The position numbers were made by a program, and so were the translations under genes. Of a stretch of DNA of 54,269 nucleotides, positions 9,357-18,802 are shown in pieces. The stretch's first letter is position 1. Every line of letters starts with the position of its first letter. The notes under the pieces were generated by a model. It was not told where the DNA came from. It saw only the letters and a list, made by a program, of their open reading frames with translations, and searched no databases. The stretch comes from an uncultured Rickettsiales bacterium (GTDB taxonomy: Bacteria; Pseudomonadota; Alphaproteobacteria; Rickettsiales; UBA1997): contig CALXXG010000107.1 of the NCBI GenBank assembly GCA_944392625.1, positions 1-54,269 on the forward strand, written 5' to 3'.

Positions 9357-10076
9357 ATGAATACAAAAAATATTTTAATTGCTAGTTTAGCGATTATTAT
9401 TTCAACTTTAATATTTACTTTAGCTTTAACAAATAATTTTGGTAATAAAACCGGAGTTGTTACAGTTAAAGGCTCGGCAGAAAGATATGTTGTTGCTGAC
9501 AAGGCTTTATGGAATTTAAGCTTCGTATCAGCTGGCAATGATTTAAATTTAATAAACAATAAAATTCTTTTGGATACTGAAAAAGTTAAAGATTTTTTTA
9601 AAAAATTTGGCTTAACTGATGATGAAATTAGTTTAGGACAACTTGAATTCATTGATATGGATGCTAGAGAATATAAAGATCCAAATCAAAAAAATAGATT
9701 TATAATAACTCAAACAATTTTTGTAGAAACGAAGAATGTTGATGCTATTGAAAAGGCTAGTCAAAATCTATTGGATCTAATTCAAGAAAATGTTTATTTA
9801 AAAGCGTCTTATGGAACAATGAAACCCGTATATTTGTTTACGAAACTTGATGATATTAAAAATCAAATGATTGATGAAGCTACTCAAAAAGCAAAAAGTG
9901 CTGCACAACAATTTGCTGATAATTCTGGCACTAAGGTTGGTAAAATTAAGAGAGCTAATCAAGGCGTATTTGTAATTACTGCTAGAAATTCAATTTCTCA
10001 ATATGGTAATGATGAAGTGTATCAAAAGGACAAACAAGTAAGAGTTGTTTCAACAATTGAATATTATTTGAAATAA
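9357..10076 (+). CDS. SIMPL domain-containing protein (DUF541 / BP26-like periplasmic protein)
   Basis: 239 aa with an N-terminal signal/anchor, then GVVTVKGSAERYVVADKALWNLSF, which is typical of the SIMPL family start. A conserved C-terminal beta-rich region follows. Confidence 0.7.
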   Translation: MNTKNILIASLAIIISTLIFTLALTNNFGNKTGVVTVKGSAERYVVADKALWNLSFVSAGNDLNLINNKILLDTEKVKDFFKKFGLTDDEISLGQLEFIDMDAREYKDPNQKNRFIITQTIFVETKNVDAIEKASQNLLDLIQENVYLKASYGTMKPVYLFTKLDDIKNQMIDEATQKAKSAAQQFADNSGTKVGKIKRANQGVFVITARNSISQYGNDEVYQKDKQVRVVSTIEYYLK

Positions 10077-10097
10077 TCTTTATAATACATAAATATT

Positions 10098-10127
10098 AAT
10101 AGGCTTTGCAAAAATGCAAAGCCTATT
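10098..10127. terminator. bidirectional stem-loop between convergent genes
   Basis: aataggctttgca-aaaa-tgcaaagcctatt, a 13-bp perfect stem with a 4-nt loop, between the 10076 stop (+) and the 10130 stop (-). Confidence 0.55.
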
Positions 10128-10129
10128 AC

Positions 10130-11206
10130 TTATAATATAATATTCGTAACATCATGCATAATCTTTTTTACAGCAAGTACTGTATCCTTTTTTTCTTTTC
10201 CATTCAAATAATCTTGATAATATCTTATAAAACGGCGAGCAATTTCTGCGGCTGATTCTCTTTGCACTATATTATCATTTATTATTCCATCCTTTATACA
10301 ATTTATTCCCATACTTGTTGGAGAATTATAGACTCTAATATATTTTGATATTTTTTCATCAAATAATGTGGCTATAAATTGTAAAAGTTTAAAATTATCA
10401 ATATCCCTATTATATGATGTTGAGTTTAAACTATTTTTGTCTAACATTACTTTATCACCAGAGTCTGCAGTTGCAGCAGCATAAGCCTGATTTATTAAAT
10501 GATTTACCGGCAAATTATAAACTGGAAAAGTCTCTATTTTTATATATTGTGGTATTCTTCCATACTCCATTTCATGATATATTTGATTTAAACATGTTCC
10601 AAATTTTCCACTATTGGCACCAGGAGCCGTAATTATTATTTGTTTTGATTTAGATTTAATATATGGATTATTAACTAATCCAGGAATAACTTTTTTATTA
10701 GGTTTATAATTATCATTTTCATAAAACTTTACAACCTCAAAACCTAACTGTTTAGCATCTTTTTCAAATTTTATAACTTGTCTACTCTCATTTTCTTTAG
10801 AAATTCTTGTTATAGCTATTTTTTTTATCTCTTTTCCTCTTTCCTTTAACTCTTCAATAAGACGAAAAGCCTCTTTATCATATGCTATACTAAAATCGCC
10901 TCTTTGTCTTTGTCTATCTATATCTTTTGATGATATACAACATATAAACTCTGCATCAGGAAATAATTCATTTATAAATTCAAATTTTAAGTCAGGCCTA
11001 TAACCTGGAAGAACTCTGGCAGAGTGAAAATCATTTATAATTTTTCCACCAACTTCAATATATAAAATGCTATTGTCATCTTGTTTACATTTTTTTAATA
11101 TCATTTGTTTTTGTTTTTCTTTATACTTTTCGCAATCAAAAGCTACTTTTATGTTACCACAACTTATATTTTTTGCATTTGATAAAGTATCGTTTTTTGA
11201 GTCCAT
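10130..11206 (-). CDS. DUF1846 (UPF0371) family protein, shorter than I recall for the family
   Basis: The N-terminal region FDCEKYKEKQKQMILKK...LYIEVGGKIINDFHSARVLPGYRPDLK matches my recollection of the UPF0371 N-terminus (GGKL..D.HA.RVLPGF). It is 358 aa, versus roughly 500 aa as I recall for the family. Confidence 0.5.
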   Translation of the reverse strand: MDSKNDTLSNAKNISCGNIKVAFDCEKYKEKQKQMILKKCKQDDNSILYIEVGGKIINDFHSARVLPGYRPDLKFEFINELFPDAEFICCISSKDIDRQRQRGDFSIAYDKEAFRLIEELKERGKEIKKIAITRISKENESRQVIKFEKDAKQLGFEVVKFYENDNYKPNKKVIPGLVNNPYIKSKSKQIIITAPGANSGKFGTCLNQIYHEMEYGRIPQYIKIETFPVYNLPVNHLINQAYAAATADSGDKVMLDKNSLNSTSYNRDIDNFKLLQFIATLFDEKISKYIRVYNSPTSMGINCIKDGIINDNIVQRESAAEIARRFIRYYQDYLNGKEKKDTVLAVKKIMHDVTNIIL

Positions 11207-11398
11207 ATAAATAAAAAAATATTATAATATTAAAAAAAATAATATATAGTTTTTATTATTCAAGAATCTTTTAAAAAATAATTTATATACTTTATTAAAC
11301 TATTGTTATTATTATATCCATTTTAATTAAAAAATGGTTTACTTTTAATTATTTATCTTTAAAATGTTATTGGGAGAATTGTTAATATTTATATTTTT

Positions 11399-12823
11399 AT
11401 GAAGAATAGGTTTATTGGTATTTTTATTTGTCTTTGCTTAATTTGTTTTAACTCATTTGCGAAAGATCTAAAAAATAATGCAGATGAAGGAATAAAAAAT
11501 GAAAATGCATTTAAAGATAAAGAATTATCACTAATAGATGTTTTAGATATAGCTCTAAAAAACAATCCTCAAATAAAACAAGCATGGTTAAATATAGATG
11601 TTGGTAGTTATTCCTATAAAACGCAACTTTCAGAAGCTTTTCCAACTATTACTGGACAATTAGGCTATTCAAACAACAGAACAAAATATGATGAAACCTC
11701 TACATCATCAAGGACAGAGGGTCTTACACCATCAATTACATTAGACTATCTTTTATTTAATTTTGGTGGCAGAACTGCTGATATAATGAATTTCAAATAT
11801 AAATTGAATTCTATAAAGTTTGAAACCAATAGTTTTGTTCAAAACTTTATATACAATGTAATACAGGCATACTATGATTTATTTTCAACTTTAGCAAATG
11901 AAAATGCAGCTAAAGAAACTGAAAATTCAAGCTATGAAGCTTTTAAGGCCGCAAGTGTTAGATATGATATTGGACTTGTTCCTTTAACAGACAAATTACA
12001 GGCAGAAACTTCCTATACACAAAATAGACTTCTTAGGGAAAGAGCCGAAAATGAAGCAAAAATTAAAAGGGCTGAATTAAATTATTTGCTGAATATAAGT
12101 CCTGTTATTGAATTAAAATTGGCACCGCCTATGCTTGATGTATCAAAGGATGATTTTCAAGAAAATATAGTTAATTTAATTGAAAGGGCTCTAGAAAATC
12201 GTCCTGATTTAAAGGCCTATTATGAAACAAAAAAAGCTAAAAAGGCTGAAATTTACAGTGCTAAAACAGAATGGCTGCCATCTGTATCATTAACTGGAAC
12301 CTATGGCCATACAAATGATCTAAGAAAAGGAAGCAGAGATGATAGAGATAATTATAATATAGGAATTACAGCAAGAATGCAATTCTTTACAGGCGGCTAT
12401 ATTTATAACAATGTAGCAAAAGCAAAAAGTGAATTAAATATAATTGATGAGCAGATTAAAGATTTAGAAAAAAGTATAGAACTTGATGTTTGGACTGCAT
12501 ATCAAAACTTTATAACCGCCAAGAGGACCTATATAACAAGTCAAACGCTTTTAAAAAGTGCTACAGAAACCGAAAAAACTATGTTAGGCAGATATAAAAA
12601 TGGAAAATCATCAATATTGGATCTGCTTGATGCCCAATCAAATTTAGCTACCGCAAGATATGAATTAATAAGTTCTCAACACAATTGGTTTGTATCAAGA
12701 GCCAATCTAATAAGGGCACTTGGACAAATTAGCGTTGAGGAAATGGAAAAATTAACAGATGCTGCAAATCTTGATAATATAGTTAGTAGTAATAACAATG
12801 GTAATATAAATGAAAATAACTAA
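11399..12823 (+). CDS. tolC: TolC-family outer membrane efflux protein
   Basis: 474 aa with a signal peptide and two tandem OEP repeats (AQLGYSNNR..., LTGTYGHTND...). It ends with coiled alpha-helical segments. It overlaps the downstream adaptor gene. Confidence 0.85.
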   Translation: MKNRFIGIFICLCLICFNSFAKDLKNNADEGIKNENAFKDKELSLIDVLDIALKNNPQIKQAWLNIDVGSYSYKTQLSEAFPTITGQLGYSNNRTKYDETSTSSRTEGLTPSITLDYLLFNFGGRTADIMNFKYKLNSIKFETNSFVQNFIYNVIQAYYDLFSTLANENAAKETENSSYEAFKAASVRYDIGLVPLTDKLQAETSYTQNRLLRERAENEAKIKRAELNYLLNISPVIELKLAPPMLDVSKDDFQENIVNLIERALENRPDLKAYYETKKAKKAEIYSAKTEWLPSVSLTGTYGHTNDLRKGSRDDRDNYNIGITARMQFFTGGYIYNNVAKAKSELNIIDEQIKDLEKSIELDVWTAYQNFITAKRTYITSQTLLKSATETEKTMLGRYKNGKSSILDLLDAQSNLATARYELISSQHNWFVSRANLIRALGQISVEEMEKLTDAANLDNIVSSNNNGNINENN

Positions 12824-13940
12824 GAAAAAAATTGCTATAGTAATTGTAATCCTATTAATAATTGGATATTTCGTATTTAGGCCAGCAAAAAGCCAATTTA
12901 ATATAAAGGATTTTGATATTGATACAGTTCAAGTTGGCGATATTACAAAAACTATAACAGCTAATGGGACAATAAATCCTGTAAATGTTATTGAAGTTGG
13001 TGCACAGGTATCTGGAAGAATTGAAAAAATATTTGTTGATTATAATGATGTTGTTAAAAAAGGTCAAAGATTGGCAGAGTTGGATACTTCTATATTAAAA
13101 AAGGAAGTTGGGGAAGCTGAATCTGCCATGAAAAAGGCAAAATCAAACCTTGATTTAGTTGATCTAAACTATAGAAGAACAAAGGAATTATTTAAAAATA
13201 ATTATATAGCTAAAGTTGAATTAGACCAAGCAGAAACAGAACTAAAAAATGCAAAAGAAGAGTATAATATTACAAAATCTCAATATGATAGGGCGCAAAT
13301 TAATTTAGGATATGCTTTTATTAATTCTCCTGTGTCAGGTGTTGTTATATCAAGAGAAGTTGACATTGGACAAACTGTTGCATCTAGCTTTTCTGCACCT
13401 ATACTATTTCAAATAGCAGAAGATTTAACTAAAATGCAAATTGAAACTAGTATTTCTGAGGCCGATATTGGTTCTATAAAAGAAGGGCAAAAAGTAGAAT
13501 TTACTGTTGATTCCTACCCGTCAAAAGTATTTGATGGAGTTGTCAAACAGATAAGACTAAATCCTGCAACAGAATCAAACGTTGTAGTATATAATGTTAT
13601 TATAGAGATAGAAAATGAAAGCAAAGAATTATTACCTGGCATGACTGCTTATGTTACAATACCAATAGGTGAAGTTAAGGGTGTTAAAAAAATTAATACC
13701 GTATCACTAAGATTTAATCCAGACAATAGACTTTTGGAAATTATGGGAGTTGAAAAGCCTGAGAGACAAAAAGGTAAAGTTATTTTATACAAGTTAGAAA
13801 AAAATAATAAAATAGTTCCGGTATATGCAACGGTTGGATTGTCAGACTTAGCACAAATAGAAATAGAAAGCGACGATTTGCAAGAAGGAGATCAAATATT
13901 AAGCAATTCGGTATTAATTATTACAAAATCAAAAAGATAA
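12810..13940 (+). CDS. efflux transporter periplasmic adaptor subunit (MacA-like)
   Basis: 376 aa. Motifs: VGAQVSGRIEKIFVDYNDVVKKGQRLAELD lipoyl hairpin, coiled coil, SPVSGVVISREVDIGQTV, TVDSYPSKVFDGVVKQI. Confidence 0.85.
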   Translation: MKITKKKIAIVIVILLIIGYFVFRPAKSQFNIKDFDIDTVQVGDITKTITANGTINPVNVIEVGAQVSGRIEKIFVDYNDVVKKGQRLAELDTSILKKEVGEAESAMKKAKSNLDLVDLNYRRTKELFKNNYIAKVELDQAETELKNAKEEYNITKSQYDRAQINLGYAFINSPVSGVVISREVDIGQTVASSFSAPILFQIAEDLTKMQIETSISEADIGSIKEGQKVEFTVDSYPSKVFDGVVKQIRLNPATESNVVVYNVIIEIENESKELLPGMTAYVTIPIGEVKGVKKINTVSLRFNPDNRLLEIMGVEKPERQKGKVILYKLEKNNKIVPVYATVGLSDLAQIEIESDDLQEGDQILSNSVLIITKSKR

Positions 13941-14012
13941 CATTTGATTTTATAATTAAACTACTTGATAAATAAAAAAAATCATATACATTATAATTAA
14001 TTACTAATAACA

Positions 14013-14576
14013 TTGGGAGAAAATATGACAATTAATAAAATATTAACTGCAAGTTTTGTATTGGGAGCGTTAGCTTTTAGTAGCGTAAATGCTGAAGAAG
14101 TAAAAAGTAAACAAAATATAAAATCTCAAGAAAAAATAACTATAAAAAAAACTAATAAAGAAGACTGTATTTCTAAAATGTTCAAAGAAATGGACAAAGA
14201 CAATGATGGATTTGTTACTAAAAAAGAACATAAAAAGTATTTAGAAAAAAAATTTGAAGAGTTAGATACTAATAAAGATGGTGTTATTACTAAAGAAGAG
14301 TTTATAATAAAAGAAAAAATAAAAACAAATAAAAAAGGTACAAAAATAGAGTATAAGAGTGATTTAATATTCAAAGAAATTGATAAAAATGAAGATGGAA
14401 AAATTAAAAAGAAAGAATATATAAAATTTAAACAAAAAGAATTTGAAAAATTAGATAAAGACGGCGATAAAAAAGTATCTTTTGAAGAATTTAAAGCTAT
14501 AAAACAAAATAAAAGCATAAAGAATAAAGAGACATCAAAAGAAAAAGTTAAAATTAAAGAAGAGATTAAAAAATAA
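14013..14576 (+). CDS. secreted EF-hand calcium-binding protein
   Basis: Signal peptide ...AFSSVNA followed by four canonical EF loops: DKDNDGFVTKKE, DTNKDGVITKEE, DKNEDGKIKKKE, DKDGDKKVSFEE. Confidence 0.8.
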   Translation: MGENMTINKILTASFVLGALAFSSVNAEEVKSKQNIKSQEKITIKKTNKEDCISKMFKEMDKDNDGFVTKKEHKKYLEKKFEELDTNKDGVITKEEFIIKEKIKTNKKGTKIEYKSDLIFKEIDKNEDGKIKKKEYIKFKQKEFEKLDKDGDKKVSFEEFKAIKQNKSIKNKETSKEKVKIKEEIKK

Positions 14577-15214
14577 TGCAAACCTATGAATTAAATTTAT
14601 TAACAGATGAAGAATTAATTGATTTAATTCAAAAAGGTAAATATAATGCTTTGAAAAAATTGGTCGTTAGATATGCTGACGACCTTTTTAATTTTGCCTA
14701 TCATTTTAACTATGATAAAAATAAAACAAAATTAATAATTGAAAAACTATTTGTTGAAATATGGAGACAACCATATTTATATAAAAAATCATTTAAAATA
14801 ACCATTTATAAAAGATTAATAAATAAACTCATAAAACAAAAACTTAATAGCAACATTAAATTACAAAATAAAAATCTATTAAATTTTTTCAAGAAAAAAG
14901 ATATTTTAGTAATAAATCTATATTATTTTGGAACATTAAAAAGTGAAGAATTAAATAAAATTTATAAAAATATACAAATAGCAGTAAAAAAAATAGAAAA
15001 AAAATTTTTAAACAAAAATAATATTGAATTATTTGATTTTATTCATAAAATTAATTATGATATTCAAATACCTTTTAATTTTTATAAAGATATAATAGAC
15101 AAGGCAACAAAATATACAAAGAAAGATAGATACATGTCAATAATTATATTTTTTAGTCTGTTACCAATGATTATTCTTTTAGCAACTTTTATATATTCAA
15201 ATTTTTTTAATTAA
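14576..15214 (+). CDS. ECF-type sigma-70 family factor with C-terminal transmembrane segment
   Basis: Region-2-like LTDEELIDLIQKGKYNALKKLVVRYADDLFNFAYHF...LFVEIWRQ. Region-4-like ILVINLYYFGTLKSEELNKIYKNIQIAVKKIEKKF. C-terminal TM MSIIIFFSLLPMIILLATFIY. Its start overlaps the EF-hand gene stop (TAATG at 14574-14578). Confidence 0.6.
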   Translation: MQTYELNLLTDEELIDLIQKGKYNALKKLVVRYADDLFNFAYHFNYDKNKTKLIIEKLFVEIWRQPYLYKKSFKITIYKRLINKLIKQKLNSNIKLQNKNLLNFFKKKDILVINLYYFGTLKSEELNKIYKNIQIAVKKIEKKFLNKNNIELFDFIHKINYDIQIPFNFYKDIIDKATKYTKKDRYMSIIIFFSLLPMIILLATFIYSNFFN

Positions 15215-15215
15215 T

Positions 15216-15581
15216 TTATCTATCCATCCAAACGTTTTTTAAATGTTTTATAAATAAATTTTTATGCACTAGTACAATATCAGTTCTAATGGTAAAATTT
15301 GTATATCTATTTCCATATCTACCCAAAAAAACTCTTAAGGCATTATTTATTCTATATAATTGTTTTATACTTACAACTTCGCCAATTTGACAATTGTCAT
15401 TTCTTCTAGCTTTAACCTCAATTGCAATCAGATCTTTTCCACGGGTCATTATTAAATCTATTTCCCCAAGCTTTGTTTTATAGCGATGTTTTATAAGCCA
15501 ATAACATATAAAAAGCAGTATAAAAGCTACATAATATTCGGCTAACAATCCAAAAAAATAAGATATCTTTTTCTTTAACAT
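15216..15581 (-). CDS. YraN-family (UPF0102) endonuclease-like protein
   Basis: 121 aa with GEIDLIMTRGKDLIAIEVKARRN, a PD-(D/E)xK-like core typical of YraN. Its start overlaps the parB stop. Confidence 0.75.
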   Translation of the reverse strand: MLKKKISYFFGLLAEYYVAFILLFICYWLIKHRYKTKLGEIDLIMTRGKDLIAIEVKARRNDNCQIGEVVSIKQLYRINNALRVFLGRYGNRYTNFTIRTDIVLVHKNLFIKHLKNVWMDR

Positions 15582-16477
15582 TATTGTATTTTGTTAATAA
15601 AATTTTCTAGTTCTTCAACAGAATTGTAGCTAATGACTATTTTGCCTTTATTATTTTTAGTATTAAACTGTATTTTTGATTTTAATTTAAGCTTGTTTGA
15701 TAAATTATCCTCAATCTTTTTAAAATACTCCTTATTTATCATATCAATTTGAGCTTTTTTAATTTTATTTTTTAAGCTAGCTTTTTTATTATTATAGTCT
15801 CTAACTAATTGTTCTGTTTCACGAACGCTCAAATTATGATCTATAATCATGTGGGCTATTTCTACGGCTTTATCACAATTAATTAAAGCTCTTGCATGTC
15901 CCATATCAATTTCTTTTTTGTAAAGCATTTCCTTAACTTCATCAGGCAAATCAAGAAGTCTAACTATGTTTGCTACATGGCTTCTGCTTTTTCCAACAAA
16001 GTTTGCTACATCTTGTTGGGTATAATTAAAATCTTTAATTAATGAATAGTAAGCTTCTGCTTCTTCCATAACTGATAGATCGCTTCTTTGAATATTTTCA
16101 ATAATTGCTAAGCTTAATGCATCTTTATCGCTAAATTCTTTAATTATTGCTGGTACTACTTCTAATCCAATTAATTTTGCGGCTCTGTATCTTCTTTCTC
16201 CTGCAATAATTTCAAACATTGATAAGTCTTCAGCTAATTTTCTAACTACAATTGGTTGCAGAATTCCATATTCTTTTATAGATAAAGATAAATCTTTTAA
16301 TTCATCCTCATTAAAGTATTTTCTTGGTTGAAATCTATTTGGTTTTAGCAAATCTATTTTTAATTTTTGAACTTTATCAGCATTTAAATCAATAGCCATT
16401 AAATCGCTATTTAGATTTAATTTTTTTTCTCCTAATAGTGAACTTAATCCTCTTCCCAATTTATTTGTAGTGGTCAT
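15581..16477 (-). CDS. parB: chromosome partitioning protein ParB/Spo0J
   Basis: N-terminal KLGRGLSSLLG, ParB box IAGERRYRAAK, and an HTH QQDVANFVGKSRSHVANIVRLL. Confidence 0.92.
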   Translation of the reverse strand: MTTTNKLGRGLSSLLGEKKLNLNSDLMAIDLNADKVQKLKIDLLKPNRFQPRKYFNEDELKDLSLSIKEYGILQPIVVRKLAEDLSMFEIIAGERRYRAAKLIGLEVVPAIIKEFSDKDALSLAIIENIQRSDLSVMEEAEAYYSLIKDFNYTQQDVANFVGKSRSHVANIVRLLDLPDEVKEMLYKKEIDMGHARALINCDKAVEIAHMIIDHNLSVRETEQLVRDYNNKKASLKNKIKKAQIDMINKEYFKKIEDNLSNKLKLKSKIQFNTKNNKGKIVISYNSVEELENFINKIQ

Positions 16478-16530
16478 GTTTTACTAATAATTTAAGACTT
16501 AAATAGAGTATAAAATAAAAATATTATTTT

Positions 16531-17124
16531 TCAATTATTATTATATTTATAGTTTTTTAAAATTTTTTCTAGTTTGTTATTATCAAATGTTATATTGGCT
16601 ATTCTACAAAAATCTTCTTTAGATATTCCATATTGTTGTTTGTATAGAATATCAACACTTCCAAAATAGGCTTCTTTTTCAAAATTAAATCCTAATTTAT
16701 TTGCATAGTATTTTACTATATCTTCACTTAGAGCTTCAATTTCTATATAGCTTTGTAAAAACGGCCATGTATCTATTACAACTTCCGCATCTTTGTTTGA
16801 CCATATTTCTCTAAAATTCTCATGATAGGATCTTTCTTTAAAATTTGTTTGATTTAGCATCTCAGATGCTTTATCAAAGTCATTTACAATAATTTCTATT
16901 TCATTAACTCCATTAATTGATTTATCAACTATGTTCTTATAGGTCATGGTTATCTTATCACCTTCGTCTCTAACTCTAAACCATTTTCCATTTGCTTCAG
17001 AATCAAATGTTTTTCTTTTCATTAAAAATTCTTTTTTAATTAAATTAAAATTTAAAGATGATAATTTTTGTCTTATTTCTTCCTTACTATCTATAAAAAA
17101 TTTTGCTTCTATTTCTTTGTTCAT
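16531..17124 (-). CDS. CYTH domain protein (triphosphate tunnel metalloenzyme / class IV adenylate cyclase-like)
   Basis: 197 aa. N-terminal EIEAKF (ExExK signature), about 190 aa in size, with a beta-rich pattern. Confidence 0.7.
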   Translation of the reverse strand: MNKEIEAKFFIDSKEEIRQKLSSLNFNLIKKEFLMKRKTFDSEANGKWFRVRDEGDKITMTYKNIVDKSINGVNEIEIIVNDFDKASEMLNQTNFKERSYHENFREIWSNKDAEVVIDTWPFLQSYIEIEALSEDIVKYYANKLGFNFEKEAYFGSVDILYKQQYGISKEDFCRIANITFDNNKLEKILKNYKYNNN

Positions 17125-17330
17125 TTTTCTTAGATTTAATTGAATATTATTAGAATAAACTTTAACAATAAAAAATCAATAAATAACTTAATTAATTAAT
17201 AATTATAAATTAAATTACTGTTACTATCTATATCAAATATCTGTCTTTAAAGGCCCATTAAAAAACAAAAAGCTTGACTAATTAATTATATAATTTTAGA
17301 TTTATCTATATAAAAATAAAAATAAATACT

Positions 17331-18017
17331 ATGTCAGATTTAAAAGACGCATTAAACAGAGTTGTAGTTCCAATCAATAAAGAGGGATATTTTATTATAG
17401 CAGTTAGTTGTGTTATAACTCTTTTATTATTTATAATAAATTGCTTTTTAGGAGAAATTGGTATTATTCTAACGTTATTTATAGTTTATTTTTTTAGAGA
17501 TCCAGTCAGATATAGTCCAGATGATCCAAATGTTGTTTTAGCCGCTGCTGATGGCGTTGTTGATGTAATTGAAGACGTAGAAGCGCCAAAAGAACTAGGA
17601 TTAAATTCAAAAACAAAATATCAAAGAGTTAGTATATTTTTAAGCACATTTAATGTTCATGTTCAAAGAATACCAATGTCTGGCAAAATAGAAAAATTAG
17701 AATATATTCAGGGCAAGTTTTTAAATATTACTAATGATAAATATCATGAAGACAATGAAAGACAAATATGTTTAATGAAAACAAAACAAGGATTTAATAT
17801 AATATTTGTCCAAATAGCAGGTATGATCGCTAGAAGAATAGTTTGCAATCTAAAAGAAGGTCAAAATGTTAGTGCTGGTGAACAATTCGGTTGCATAAAA
17901 TTTGGCAGTAGAGTTGACATATACTTGCCAAAAGATATTGAATTAAAAGTTAAGGTTGGACAAACTATGATTGCTGGTGAAACAGTAATTGGTATTGTTA
18001 GTAATAAAAATAAATAA
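17331..18017 (+). CDS. psd: phosphatidylserine decarboxylase proenzyme
   Basis: 228 aa with two N-terminal TM segments, FLSTFNVHVQRIP, and the self-cleavage region GCIKFGSRVDIYLP (G-S motif). Confidence 0.85.
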   Translation: MSDLKDALNRVVVPINKEGYFIIAVSCVITLLLFIINCFLGEIGIILTLFIVYFFRDPVRYSPDDPNVVLAAADGVVDVIEDVEAPKELGLNSKTKYQRVSIFLSTFNVHVQRIPMSGKIEKLEYIQGKFLNITNDKYHEDNERQICLMKTKQGFNIIFVQIAGMIARRIVCNLKEGQNVSAGEQFGCIKFGSRVDIYLPKDIELKVKVGQTMIAGETVIGIVSNKNK

Positions 18018-18028
18018 TAGGTGGTACA

Positions 18029-18802
18029 ATGAAAATTAAAAAAAATAAAGATGGACAATTGGATTTTGTAAAGTTTGTTCCAACATTAATGTCATTATTG
18101 GCAATGTGTTGTGGTGTTTCTGCTATTAGATATGCCTATTCCGGATACTTTATGTTTGCGGTTTCACTACTTTTATTTGCATGTTTTTTAGATGGAATTG
18201 ATGGAAGAGTTGCAAGATTTTTAAATGTTTCAAGTGACTTTGGTGCTCAAATGGATTCTTTAGCTGATTTAGTTAATTTTGGTGTAGCTCCTGGTTTTGT
18301 TGTTTATTGTTGGAAAATGAACGAAATTGAATTTAATGGCATTGCTTGGTTTGCAGTTATGTTACTGGCTTGTTGCATGGCAATTAGACTTGCAAGATTT
18401 AATGTTGATCTAACCACAAAAGATCAAAATGATCCATTAGTAAAATATTTTTTCAAAGGTGTTCCGGCTCCTGCAGCTGCTGGTTTAGTAATATTTCCTT
18501 TAATATTAAGTTTTAAATTTGGTCACGGTTTTTGGGTTAGCCCTATTTTTGTAGTAATAAATACTTTAATTGTAGCTTTATTAGCTGGTGGAACATTACC
18601 AACACCTTGCTTTAAAAAAGTAAAAATAAAACCACAATATAAAAATTTTGTTTTGATTGTTGCTGCTATGTTTACTGTATTGCTAGTATCTAGCCCATGG
18701 TTAGCATTTTCAATAGTAGGATTTTTATATATAATAAGTATTATTATTGGTATTTTTGTTTATTTACATTTTAAAAAAGAAAAAAATAATCATGTCAAAT
18801 AG
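18029..18802 (+). CDS. pssA: CDP-diacylglycerol--serine O-phosphatidyltransferase
   Basis: CDP-alcohol phosphatidyltransferase motif DGIDGRVARFLNVSSDFGAQMDSLADLV in a polytopic membrane protein, adjacent to psd. Confidence 0.88.
   Translation: MKIKKNKDGQLDFVKFVPTLMSLLAMCCGVSAIRYAYSGYFMFAVSLLLFACFLDGIDGRVARFLNVSSDFGAQMDSLADLVNFGVAPGFVVYCWKMNEIEFNGIAWFAVMLLACCMAIRLARFNVDLTTKDQNDPLVKYFFKGVPAPAAAGLVIFPLILSFKFGHGFWVSPIFVVINTLIVALLAGGTLPTPCFKKVKIKPQYKNFVLIVAAMFTVLLVSSPWLAFSIVGFLYIISIIIGIFVYLHFKKEKNNHVK

Noticed and set aside
9287-9652. 121-aa minus-strand ORF overlapping the 5' part of the SIMPL gene and the divergent promoter region.
   Set aside because: It overlaps a motif-supported plus-strand gene, is hydrophobic low-complexity, and has no motif.
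14126-14581. Long antisense shadow ORFs. Examples are 14126..14581, 2558..3049, 3822..4112, 8215..8541, 23068..23424, 31118..31537, 36031..36456, 51032..51340 and 53503..53856.
   Set aside because: Each lies entirely opposite a well-supported gene, has Phe/Leu/Ile/Ser-rich junk composition, and has no motifs. Such ORFs are typical of low-GC genomes, where stop codons are depleted on the antisense strand of Lys/Asn/Glu-rich genes.
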